Source: Macrostomum lignano (Eukaryota). From it: a stretch of DNA of 64,000 bases. This document shows, one piece after another, positions 30,692 through 42,200 of this stretch. The notes below the pieces were generated by a model, which saw only the letters and a program-made list of their open reading frames with translations, was not told the origin of the DNA and did not search any database. The DNA is taken from contig NIVC01000952.1 in NCBI GenBank assembly GCA_002269645.1, positions 524,967 to 588,966 on the forward strand. The letters are read 5' to 3'. The position numbers and the translations under genes are program-made. Numbering within the stretch: position 1 is the stretch's first letter; each line of letters starts with the position of its first letter.

Positions 30692-31439
30692 TTAAGCCTC
30701 AAACAACAGCTGCAGCCTATACTTTAGCGGATAACAGGCGTCGCAGCTTTGTTGTTCTGCCGAAGCTGTACTCGCACTGTGAGCTCCGCGCTTCCTATCA
30801 GCTCGAAGTAATACCTGTTGAGCTTTGCACCAGTGTTGTAAACGCAGGCGTGTGTACAAAGATGAGAGAGATGAAAGCCATTCCTTTGTGTGCTCACTGT
30901 TGTGTAGATGTAGCTCAGTTGCAGCAGCTGCTTGTGCTGCAGGCTGGACTCGGGCACTGATATCGATTCCCTTCCATACTCTAATCGAGTCCTGCACATT
31001 GCAAATCTGGTCGAAAACTATCTCCAACTTTTGCACTGCTTTCAAGACCGCTTCACTTGGTACGTACAGACCGCCATCTTCAGTGTGTTGCATATTCTTT
31101 TTTTCCAGGAAACGCATGCCCTCATTGCAACCATCGCGACTCAGAAGACCAATTTTGCAGCCTGGCAAGCGGTGCGCAACCGCAACAAGCAATGAAGCAT
31201 CCAATCTCCAACATAGGCACACTTTTCTCCAAATATTCCTGAATCTTCATAGAATTGTGTCAATGCCAGGCACGCATTCTCATCAACGGAACTGATAGAG
31301 AACTTCTCACCATCCGCATGTTTTTGATGCAGCGGGGAACATCGATCAGGACAGGTATTTCTGTCTCAGTTCCGTCGCTCAGATTTATTGCCAAATTTGA
31401 ATGGGCTGCAGTGGCTCCTAGTTTCAAAGACTTCCACTG
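30692..31439 (-). pseudogene. Internally deleted P-element/THAP9-type transposase relic
   Basis: IDVPRCIKNMR at 31343-31314 resembles the DxPHxxKxxRN motif. It is followed within ~100 nt by C-terminal motifs AYVGDW..C, GGLYVPSEAV and YTRLRLQHWCK, with frameshifts. Confidence 0.6.
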
Positions 31440-32320
31440 CGTCGGCTAATCGTTATTCGTGCGTCTAATTTATTTGGATCGTTTATTTGGCTCGGCCTCG
31501 GACTTTAACATTGGACCATCGATTTATTTGGAGCGGCCAAAAGGGGTATAAATCTAAGGAACGCAGGCAACTTAGCTGAGTTATTATACACTAGGCATCA
31601 AATAGATAGGATAGATGGACGGAAAGACAAACGAAAAACATCGTCTATGGCAAAATCGATCTCAATACACCCGGGTTGATGAAAAAAAGCCAGAACTACT
31701 CACAAATCACTTCATCTTAGAAGTAGCGTAGCTAGCGAATAGTTTTTGCCTCAAAAAATTTTTCGCAGGGAGCTTGATTGAGCATTCTGTGTATTCTGTG
31801 GTTAAAACCGACTATTAAACCCTTCACTCAGAAACATTGCTATGCGCTTTCGTCTATGGCATTAGTTGGCGCCGGAAGGAGTCGAGGAGGGGGGAGAGTG
31901 AGAATGGGGGTGTGAGGGCGAAGCCCCCACTTTCTACAATGAAATGAAAATAAATTTTAGTCTATGGCCCACATCAACATTAATATGCACTGTAGTTTTT
32001 TGACCCCATAAAGAGGGAGACAGAAGGTTTAAGAGAGCTGAGTAGAAAGACAGCAGATTTGATTGCTTGCATCTTTCATTTACGCAAACAAAATCGCCAT
32101 GGCTGACGCAGAGCCAACTACAGTGGCAGAAGTTCTGCCTCCTCTATTTAACTACGGAGCTATACCGAATGGTGAGATTTCAGGAGTAACATCCGGCGAG
32201 TTCGACTTGATTTGTACGTCATTCGATCATGCCCAAGGTCATTAGACAGTCGAGATGCAGCGAACCGCTATAGATTCTCCGAGAAAGGCTGCTAGAGGCT
32301 TTCGCTATCTTCTTGAGTTT

Positions 32321-32640
32321 ATGAAGGACGTCAGTGAGAAGGCAGGCCTTACTAAGGTGTACACCAACCGCTGCATATGGTAGGTAGTTTGACCTGTACT
32401 TTTGCCCACCATATTCATGTGTCTCTGTGAACACATTTGAATCTAGACAAATCAGTTGCCAAATTTTCTTAAACTGCAGAGTAACTAGAGCGTGCCACCT
32501 GGATGCCTGTGGCCAGACTATCCAGGAGATCTTGCTCATCACTGGGCAAAAGTGTGAGCGGACTGTTAAGCGCTACTTATCGAGGCGACGTGATCGCAGT
32601 TTGTACAGGGCATCTCTGGCTGTGGATCAGGCGCTGAATC
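32321..32640 (+). pseudogene. Decayed tyrosine-recombinase (Crypton-like) C-terminal fragment with an intron
   Basis: MKDVSEKAGLTKVYTNRCI | GT-AG intron 32380-32479 | *VTRACHLDACG...ITGQKCERTVKRY resembles the YTNHSxRAT...TGHKS...Y catalytic region. H replaced by R and Q, and R by a stop. Confidence 0.6.
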
Positions 32641-33271
32641 ATGCAGTTTCCGAAACTAATGTCAATAAGATTGTTAAGCTAGCTCGTCCAAAATCCAATC
32701 ACAATAAGCGAGGCTACGATGGAGGAATGTGCGGATGTTTATCAAGAGCCTGTCAAGACCGACGGCGCACTACGTGTGCAGGCTGCTCCGTCAAAGAAGA
32801 TGAAAGTGACCCACTGGCGGCAGTCGCAATCCGATCGATATTCTTTTTGAGTGACGTTTCTGTGTAGGCCTGGTACCAGGTATTAACTGATTAACATACG
32901 ATTTCTTTGTTGGACAGTTTTTGATGTTTTTCTAACATAAAAAAATTAAATTTACCCTTTGTTATTGTTTAAATTGCCATTGCGTGTTAATGTCCAAAAT
33001 GACATTAATGTCCAAAATAACATTAACACGCATCCCACGCGCGTGTTATTGTCACCAAAAGTGCATAGCAATGGATGTCATTACCACGCTCGCGCGAAGT
33101 ATATATGATTGAAAACATTGATGAAGGAATAACACAATCGAAACATTAAAAAGTTCCCACCTATTATTTTGTTTGTCAATGATAGCAAATCTTGAAAAAT
33201 TTTTGCTCCTCCGTTTGAATTTTGCTGATTCGATACACGATACCGGTATAGAATTTCAGCGACAATATATA

Positions 33272-33877
33272 CACTCAGCAACATTGAAAAGTTTCCACCC
33301 TCGCGCCAGCCGTGTATATTTAGAGTTTCAAAACTGATATTATGGTCGCCAGACTTGTGCCATAAACGATTGATGACATTGATGCTTCATGTGGTGGCGT
33401 GGGGAACAGCGTCCTCCAAGACGACAACGCCCCACCGCATCGCGCAGCCGCTGTGGCGCATCTGAAGGAGCTGCTGCACCTGCGAACCTTGCGCTGGCAG
33501 TCCCGATCACCGGACATGAATCCCATAGAGCACGTTTGGGATTACCTGAAGCACTCGATTCGGCGCGACAATCCGCCGCAAAACGTTGCCCAACTGCGCG
33601 AATCACTGTCTACTGCAGGGCAACAACTACCGCAAGTTTTCTGCGACGCCTGGTTCTGGGGATGCCCCGGAGAGTGAGCGCTCTGCTGCTATACGCGTCA
33701 CTGACCCTGTTCTGGGCAAGTTGTCACCCATGCTCGCGTACTTTGTTTCTTTGCTGCCTTTGCTTCGTTCGAATCCGGATTATATATTCGTCTATGGCTC
33801 AAACCAAGAATATCTCCACCCACCAAAACGTTGACCCTTCGCGCGCTTGGGTGGAAACTTTTCAATGTTGCTGAGTG
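33272..33877 (+). mobile_element. 606-bp internally deleted Tc1/mariner element
   Basis: Perfect 29-bp TIRs CACTCAGCAACATTGAAAAGTTTCCACCC; TA on both flanks; QDDNAPPH...SPDMNPIEHVWD and a frameshifted LRRLVLGMPRRV at 33399-33700. Confidence 0.92.
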
Positions 33878-33947
33878 TATTTACAAACGACAAATACCGG
33901 CACGTCTCATCAAGCACTCATCTAAAACGGCTGCTTGACGGTCAGCT

Positions 33948-34119
33948 ATGCGAGCTCTCTGCAATCGGAGAAGTCTCATCTGCTCACAAAGAGACAGAGG
34001 AGGCACATGTTTCCGCCTGTCAATCAAACTCCCATTTCTGAGTGGCTTGTGCGTCGGAGCTGTGGTCACCTTCGCGCTGTTTAGTCTGCACAACAACAAT
34101 CGAGCCATAATGTCGAACA
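33948..34119 (+). CDS. Probable first exon of the glycosyltransferase (type II signal anchor)
   Basis: MRALCNRR...FRLSIKLPFLSGLCVGAVVTFALFSLHNNN. The splice junction to the next exon is unresolved. Confidence 0.5.
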
Positions 34120-34237
34120 GTTAAAATCAAAAGCCACTGCGGAAACATGCAAATACAATTTATTCAAGTTCTTCAACTGCTAAAGCGGGCTTCCGAAAAA
34201 GCGGCAGCGCTACGAATTTTATGAGAATTACAAGGAA

Positions 34238-34992
34238 TTGTTCCGCAGCATGGATGAGTCTATGTACCACTTCGACAGCCAGGGCGTGCTGCTTCCGCTC
34301 ATGCGGCTCTCCAAGGACGAGGAGAACTGGGCGTACCGAGCAGCAGCTGGCAGGGCTTGGATCCGCAGCCAGTCGGTGGTGGTAGCAGCCACGGTGCGCA
34401 ACGGCATGGCCGGCCTACCGAGCACCATGCGTTACGTTCAGCGCCTCAGAGCTCTGTTCAATGAGTCCTGGGTGGTGATAGTGGAAAACGAATCGACAGA
34501 CTTGACCCGCAGCTTCTTGTACAACATGACGCTGACTGATTCCAACATGTCGCTGCTGGGCTGCGGCCGGATCAACTCCCCGCTGCCGTGCAAGACCAAC
34601 TACCGATACAGCACCAAGCGCGAGCACCGGCCCGGTCCGTATCACTACCGCAGCTTCGCGGAGGAGGTCGAGCGCGGCTTGATGATGTCCGCCCTGCGCA
34701 ACATGTACATGGACTACATCTACGATCACCTGGCCGATCGAGCAACGTTTCTGTTGATAATGGATCCGGACATCAGCTGGAAAGAGTGGGATCTGGACAG
34801 CATCACCCAGGGACTTTACTACTTTGCGGCCAAGCCTAAGCTGCAGCAGCTGTGCGCGCATTCCACCTTCAACACCCACCTGTACGACCCGTGCACGCTG
34901 AGCTTCTACTTGAACAAACACTTCGGCGAGGACAAAAAGTACCCGGTGGTCGACTACGAGAAGTCGATTCGGTTCGCGCCGCGCAGCCTGCC
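34238..34992 (+). CDS. GT-A glycosyltransferase, CAP59/GT69-like, N-terminal part
   Basis: VVVAATVRN, IVENESTDLT, MSALRN, LIMDPD (DxD), YDP. GC-rich coding bias. Confidence 0.7.
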
Positions 34993-36024
34993 TATACGCG
35001 TTTTTCTCTGGGGCCTTTGAGTCGGTGTTCTCACTTTCTTAAGATAGATGTCTAGCGGTCTAAGGTTCTTACAGCTCTTAGTCTCTCCTATCAGGCCGTC
35101 AGAGAAAACCGTATAAACTGACGGGATCTCCTAGTATCTAAGCTGAGCTCGATTCTCTCTAAGATTTGCTCTATGTCACAGTTAAGGCAAATGATCGATT
35201 TGAGACTCGGGTTTCTGTCAACTGGATAATCCAGAAACTAATTCAAATGGAGCAATTCAAGGTCGAAAACTGCGCAGGAAAAACGAAGCGCCGCTCCAGT
35301 TTGAAATGAGCGTCTATTTATACTAATTAGCATTTTCGACCTCCCCTGCCGCCGGTGGGGTGTCTTCGCGTTGTTAGCAACGGCGGGGGGGGGTTTGAGC
35401 AAAAACAATCTGGGACTCAGTCCCCTAATTGTACATGAATTTAGTTAGTTCTAATAGGTTGCTAAGTGTGAGGGTTAGAGATTATTCGGGCTTTCGCAAA
35501 TCTATGTGTTGAGTTGGATAAAATTTGGGATAGAAAGATTAAGAAAAAGTGCTTAGTTTTCCGTCTCTTGACTCTGTCCATTGATGATTAAACAGTCCTC
35601 TGTTTCTCTCGGTTGTCAGGCAGCTTGGGGTTGATCTCGCATTCTTGGGCAGCTTCGGGTTGGATAGAGTCTGTAGGGGCCTCACGTTTTCTCCCTCAGG
35701 GTGCGCCAGAAGATGCCGCGTGCCGCGTTGTTCTCTAAGCTGGCCGCTGCTCAGTTTGCTTTTCCCGGCCGGTTTAGTTGCCATTGTGCCTGCGGCGGGG
35801 TGACGCTACTAACTGGAATGGAAAGAGGCTTTATTAGATTCGGCTATTCAAATTGACTTGACAGTTGATTAATTATCTTAAAGCTGCTTCTATTTGCTCT
35901 TCTAGTAGCTATCTGGGGGTTCCATTGTACTCTTCTGCCTCGCCCTTCACTGCGCCTGGGCTTTTCATAAATTTCTACCTATCTTCTAACTTGGGGTCAA
36001 AACTTCAGATTTCTAACTCTTATA
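34993..36024. mobile_element. 1,032-bp insertion with TATA...TATA termini and a 5-bp TSD (solo-LTR-like, unclassified)
   Basis: CTGCC at 34988-34992 and 36025-36029. Excision restores RSLPPVKVGSCF in frame. No transposase or RT ORF inside. Confidence 0.8.
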
Positions 36025-36029
36025 CTGCC

Positions 36030-36219
36030 GCCGGTGAAGGTGGGGAGCTGCTTCCAGGCCGTGTCGTTCTACCGGATGTCGGCTCTGGCGCCCCGCAGGC
36101 TGCGCTATCGACGCAGTCCTGGCGAGTGGATTTGCGAACACAACACGCTCTCCAGGCAGCTGGACGAGGTGTACATCGACCCGCAGATGCGGCTGAATGT
36201 CAGCTCGGAAAGTTCTTGA
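36030..36219 (+). CDS. Glycosyltransferase C-terminal part
   Basis: PVKVGSCFQAVSFY...CEH...VYIDPQM*, the expected VxSxF/CEH/VYxxP end of this family. In frame with 34238 after excision. Confidence 0.75.
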
Positions 36220-37223
36220 GACTCCGTGCTGATGTACTTTGCATTGCTAGATTTTTAAGCCATTTAATTCTTTGCCGCTAAAATGGTTGATTCGAATTTT
36301 CACGTCAATAGAAAAATCAAAGTCAAATAGCGCTTTGTGCAAATTTACGACTTTGACTGATTCATGTCCTCTTCTTGGCGATTGTAAAATTAAACTTGCG
36401 AATGTTAGGAAGAAATTCGTCTCATCCTTGCATAGAAAAAAGTGCATTCGACGACAGCAACTACATGTAATATTTTATAGTCAGCTCAGCAACAGCTGAA
36501 CCCTTCTTGGACTTCCTCTGCGGTCAAATTAGATTACGCTCGTACAAGTTGTTCAGACCTAATTTTAATTTGATTTGAACAATGTGATGATCTGTGCACA
36601 GCTACTACATGTATTTAGTGGCATTGTGCAGACAGACGGGCGGCCCTTAAAATGAGTCATGCCAATGGGATGGCATTGGATAAACTTTTGAGTCAAGTTA
36701 AAGCGGGGGTTCGTCTCCTGTCGAGTTCCCGATATTTTTCAATCATTGCTAACACGGACAATTTCTCGAGGTACTTCTACATAGAGAGGCTTCGCAGGTC
36801 GGAAGTTGCTCTCAAGACGAGTTTTTCAAGCCTAGACTACCCACCCCCACACAGGGCATCATAAGAGCACCGCTGAAGATCCCGAAAGCAGAAACGTCAG
36901 ATTAAAGCAGGGGCGCTTTTATGCAACAATGATAGTGAATTTGGTGTACACACTCGAATGCTCACAATGCTTTTTATTTCCAATATGATGCAATAAACAT
37001 AACAGTTTATAAATGATTAAATATATATTACCAAGTGGGTAGCTAGCTACTGAAAGTACGACCGCAAGAGCATTTGATTTTCGCACACAAAAATTCAATA
37101 AGGTTTCTAGACGGTGCTGCGTTGGCAAAATTCGCGTCTGGCAACACTGAAGGGCAGAAAGCTGCACCTGCTGAGAAAGGCCGCCGCTAGAGGTGCTCAG
37201 CGCTTTGCGGCAAACATTGATTA

Positions 37224-37487
37224 GCTGGGCCACGCTAACAGCAGGGAATTAGCCAGTCAGCTGGGCCACGCTAACAGCAGGGAATTACCCAGTCAGCTGG
37301 GCCACGCTAACAGCAGGGAATTACCCAGTCAGCTGGGCCACGCTAGCAGCAGGGAATTACCCAGTCAGCTGGGCCACGCTAACAGCAGGGAATTAGCCGC
37401 ACCCAGTCAGCTGGGCCACGCTAACAGCAGGGAATTACCCGCACCCAGTCAGCTGGACCACGCCAACAGCAGGGAATAAGCCGCACA
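37224..37487. repeat. 36-bp tandem repeat (~7 units)
   Basis: CTGGGCCACGCTAACAGCAGGGAATTASCCAGTCAG. Confidence 0.9.
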
Positions 37488-38281
37488 GATGCAGGGGAGG
37501 CTGAGGTCTCTCCAGAAGCAGTTAAGCTAGCAGGCGCAAGAAGGGCTGGGCTGGTCACGCACTCCAGTCAAACAGTGCTATATACATGTGCATTCTCAAT
37601 CTCCAATGCAGAATTTGCATAATACAGTTCAGCGCAATAAAGATAACGCATCAGGTTTTAAATTTATTTAATTTGACTGCAAAATAAAATGAACAATTAT
37701 TTTAACCAGCTTGATACTGCAAGCACAGCAACAATCGGGGAGGAGGGACTGCAGGGGACTTAGGTATTTTATGAACCCCGTAGCGTAACGGTGGACATCC
37801 GGGACCAATGCAGAAAGCGCACAATTTCACTCAAGTACAAGTGGGGTGTCGCTGGTTCAGCGGCTCCAATCAGTTCGAAGAAAGATGAAATAAAAGCAGA
37901 CAAATTAATAGAAGACAAACAAGCAACTAACATGGCAACCGAGAGGAAACAACGAACTCATATAAATAAAGAATCGATTTGTCAAATTGGAAAGCGAAGC
38001 AGCGGCTGGGGGGGGACACAACTGGCAGACAGACCGACTGCTGCAGAGACTGTTGTCAAAGTTATATCAAGAAACGCAAGGCCGCGCAGTGCAGTGTAGT
38101 CCGCTATGCAAGAGGAACATTCTGCTGTCGGCAGTGGGAAAGCACCAAATCTTCTAAATTTAGGCAGAATCTCGGCCAGCCAATCCGAGCCAGATTTGGG
38201 CGGGGGCTGCGAGGTGGAGCAGAGAGAAAGCGCTGGGGCTCTGGTGAGTCGGGCTGCTGGTCAGTAGTCAGCAGCGAGTAG

Positions 38282-39221
38282 TCAGTAGTGCTTGCCGCCG
38301 GGCTGCGATGGCCGCCTGTTGTAGGCGTTATTGAATGCCGAGGAGGCGCTGTTGGAGTCCGCGCGCTTCACGCGAGCATCTGAGCGATGCTGATGTTGGC
38401 GATGGCCGTGATGCTGGTGGTGGTGATGATGATGATGATGGTGCTGCTTGTTGGCTTTGGCCTCCTTGCGGTGCTTTTTGTACAGCCGGTGCAGCTCCGA
38501 GTGTGACAGCTCGGTGAAGTAGGACACAAAAGTCCACAGCCGGTTGCGCCAGGCGCGGATCTCGTCTGGCTGGCGGAACTGCCGGATCTCGTGGCCGATG
38601 TGGCTGCCGATCTTCAGCAGGTGCGCCCCGATCAGGTTGCCGTCTCGGTCCGCCTCGCAGTCCTGCAGCCGCTTCAGCGTCTTCTTCAGCGGCCGCATGT
38701 GCTCTTTGCAGGCGTTGAACACGGACTCCGGCAGGCGCTGCTCCTCGGCGTCGCCTCCGGGCTTCCCTGCGGCCTGCTTGCCCGGCTTCTTCTGCTGCTG
38801 CTGCTGCGGCTGCTGCTGCTCCTTGGACTTGACCGGCTGGCCGCTCTTTTGCTGCTTCTTTGGATGCTGCTGCTGCTTGGACTTGTGAATGGACACCGGC
38901 TGCCGGTTGGCCGTGATGTGCAGCGCCCGGGAGCCGCTGGCCGCCGGAGAATTCGAGCGCGACTGGGCAGCGGATGAGCTGGACGATGAGTCGGAGGAGT
39001 CAACGAACTCTTTTGAGATCGGCTGCTGCTGCTGGTGCTGTTGCTGCTGCTGCTGCTGCTGCTGCTGGCTTTGGTCCTTGCCTGCCGCGCCGACCGATGC
39101 GCCCGACGGCTTCGAGCGCCGACCGCCGCCACCGCTGACGGCGCCCGCGCTTCCAGCAGCTCCACCGGCGCCGGTGCCGCCCTCCTGATGCCGCTGCAGC
39201 ATCTTCAGCAGGTAGTCGGTC
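38282..39221 (-). CDS. CHD1: CHD1 last exon (RTDYLLKML, poly-Q, CHCT/DUF4208-like domain)
   Basis: [15 protein letters not shown]...LLKIGSHI...[13 protein letters not shown]. Confidence 0.9.
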
Positions 39222-42200
39222 CTGACGGGGGAGGTTGGGGTTGGAGTTGAGGTTGAGTCAGACTCCGCCCAGCTGATGTCACATCCCAGTCATGCGAAAA
39301 GGGTGAGGGTCACACTACAAACCTGGTGCGCAGATGGGCAGCCTGAGGCTTCAAGTTGTGGTCCCTCAGGATCTTGGCCCGCAGGCCCAGGTCCGGGTCG
39401 TCCTTGATAGCGTCCCAGCTGTCCATGCCGAACTCGTACACGCCAATCAGCAAGTTCGAGTCGTCAATCTCGTCCCACACGCAGTCCCAGGTGACAGTCT
39501 TGGTGTAGAAGGGCACCCTGTACTTCCGGCGCGCCTCCCTGTCTGCTGGCATCTCCCTGTGCAGCGGGGCGAGGTCCTTCTGCGACTGCAGCAGCGGCCG
39601 GGCCTGGATCACCACCCGGCCGAGCGTGAAGGACGGCGCGCTGGGCTTCGCCGAAGCCTCCTCGCCTGTCGCGAACGTGGCAGCCTTGGCGACGGCCCGC
39701 TCGCAGCCCTGCAGGATGGCTTCGACCAGGCGGCGGACCTCCGTCTCCGACTTCTCCTGCAGCTCCGCCTCCTCCACCACGCTGTCCAGCCGGTCCAGCG
39801 GGCTGGCGAACTTGCGCATCGCCTTGGCCAGGGCGCGGATCTCGCGGTCCGACAGCTCCTCCTCGTCCTCGGCGCCCACGTTCAGCGGCTTGACCTGCGG
39901 GGGCGTTGACATGACAAAAAGTAAGGCAAACCTGACTGAGTGTCAGACTGTCTGACTGACTGTCTGACTGACTGCCTGACTGACTGACTGACTGACTGAC
40001 TGACTGCCTGCCTGCCTGACTGCCTGACTGACTGACTGACTGACTGACTGCCTGCCTGCCTGACTGCCTGACTGACTGACTGCCTCGCTGACCTGCTTGC
40101 GCTGTCGCGGCCCCAGCTCGAGCTGCAGCAGACGCTCCTCGGCCTCCTCCTGCTCGATGCGGCGCCGACTCTCCTCGGGGATGATCTCCTCCCAGGTCTT
40201 GCTGGCCGCCGGCTCCGCTGACTGCCCGGCGGAGTCCCCGGCAGCCGTGGCCGTCGCTTGGCCTTTGCGCCTGCCGGAGGGCCCGCCGCCGGACATGATG
40301 ATCTCCGTGTCCTCAAGGTTCTCCAGGTTCACCACCTGCGGGCGGATTGGCAAAAGCAGGTTGTTAAAGAGAATCTTGATGAAAAGCTCGGCTGAGCACA
40401 TGTCTGGGTGGACAATATCCTGCTAGAGTTCGAACCAAGGACCACTGTTAGTATTATAAGAGGACGTAAAATTTTGAAGCCAGTTTCTTGAAAAAAATCC
40501 GTATTTTTACAATGCAGTTGTTTCAGGCGGATTTTACTAGTGGTCCTTGGTTCGAGTCGGAAAGCTTTTCACACTCCTAAGAACTCCCATCTCCCAAGCT
40601 CTAAGTTTGTCTATGGCTAAGGCTACGAGCATGTACAGAACGGCATAGCAACCACGAGCGACAGGTTCCAACCTTGAACTGCGACAGCAGCTCCTCGGCA
40701 GCTGCGGAGGTTGGCTGCAGCTCCTCGCGAGTCTCAGCGCTGCGCAGAATGGCGTCCAGGTCCACCTCGGCCTCGGACTCCTCGCCCTCCTTCTCGCGGA
40801 ACAGGTCTGCGGCGCCGAACTTGAGGATGGCGGACAGTTCGTCCTTGGAGAAGGCGGGGTTGCCGGCGTCGCCTGGCTGACGCAGGCGGCCCGTGGTGTC
40901 CATGCGCTGAATGACCAGATGGTCCAGCACCATCTTCTGCTTGGCCCGTTCGATGATGTCCTCCTCTACTGTGGCGCGGAGCACCAGGCGGTAGACCCGC
41001 ACCTGGCGCGTCTGGCCGATGCGGTGGCACCTGGAAAATTGGAACGGATTTGGGATGTTTAGCTTTCGGTTGAGGATGTTTAGCCTCCGGTTGAGGATGT
41101 TTAGCTTCCGGTTGGGATGTTTAGCTTCCGGTTGGGGTGCGGTTGCTTGCGTAAACTGACCGAGGCAAACTTTTGTTCAAGCATCGAAGACCCACCTGGC
41201 CATCGCCTGCAGGTCATTCTGCGGGTTCCAGTCGCTGTCGAAGATGACCACGGTGTCAGCCGAGGCTAAGTTGACGCCGAGGCCGCCAGCTCGGGTGGAC
41301 AGCAGGAAGCAGAAGTCCTGCGAACTCTCCGCATTGAAGGCGTCAAGCGCCTGTTTGCGGGCCTCGCCTAGAATGGTGCCGTCCAGTCGCTGGAAGGCCC
41401 AGTTGCGCAACGACAGGTACTCGGCCAGCACGTCCAGCATCATCACCATCTGAGAGAAGATCAGAACCCGGTGCCCGCCGGCTCGCAGATTCCACAGCAG
41501 CTTGTCCAGCAGCAACATTTTGCCCGAGCCCCTGATGAGGCTCTCCAGCCTCTCGCAGCGGTCCGTGAGCTGCGGCGGCTCCTGCACCAGAAAGGTGTGG
41601 TTGCAGCACTTTTTCAGTTCCATGATCAGGTTGAGGAAGGCGTTGGGCTTGTTCAGCATCTTGTAGTTCCTGCGGGGCGATAGGGGTTGCGGTGAGTTTT
41701 AATTCGGGCACTTATTTATGCGAGATTGTCAGGTAGGATTTTGTGAGATTCTCAGGTAGATTTATGTGAGATTCTCAGGTAGATTAATGCGAGATTGTCA
41801 GGTAGATTTATGCGAGATTGTCAGGTAGATTTATGTGAGATTCTCAGGTTGATTTATGAGAGATTCTCAGGTTGATTTATGCGAGATTCTCAGGTTGATT
41901 TATGCGAGATTCTCAGATTGATTTATGCGGGATTCTCAGGTTGATTTATGTGAGATTCTCAGGTAGATTTATGCGAGATTGTCAAGTAGATTTATGCGAG
42001 ATTGTCAGGTAGGATTTTGTGAGATTCTCAGGTTGATTTATGAGAGATTCTCAGATTGATTTATGTGAGATTCTCAGGTTGATTTATGCGGGATTCTCAG
42101 GTTGATTTATGCGGGATTCTCAGGTTGATTTATGCGGGATTCTCAGGTTGATTTATGCGGGATTCTCAGGTTGATTTATGCGAGATTCTCAGATTGATTT

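Noticed and set aside
38328-40426. Many overlapping GC-rich ORFs around CHD1 exons; also 55314-56971
   Set aside because: Shadow frames of GC-rich exons with few stops.
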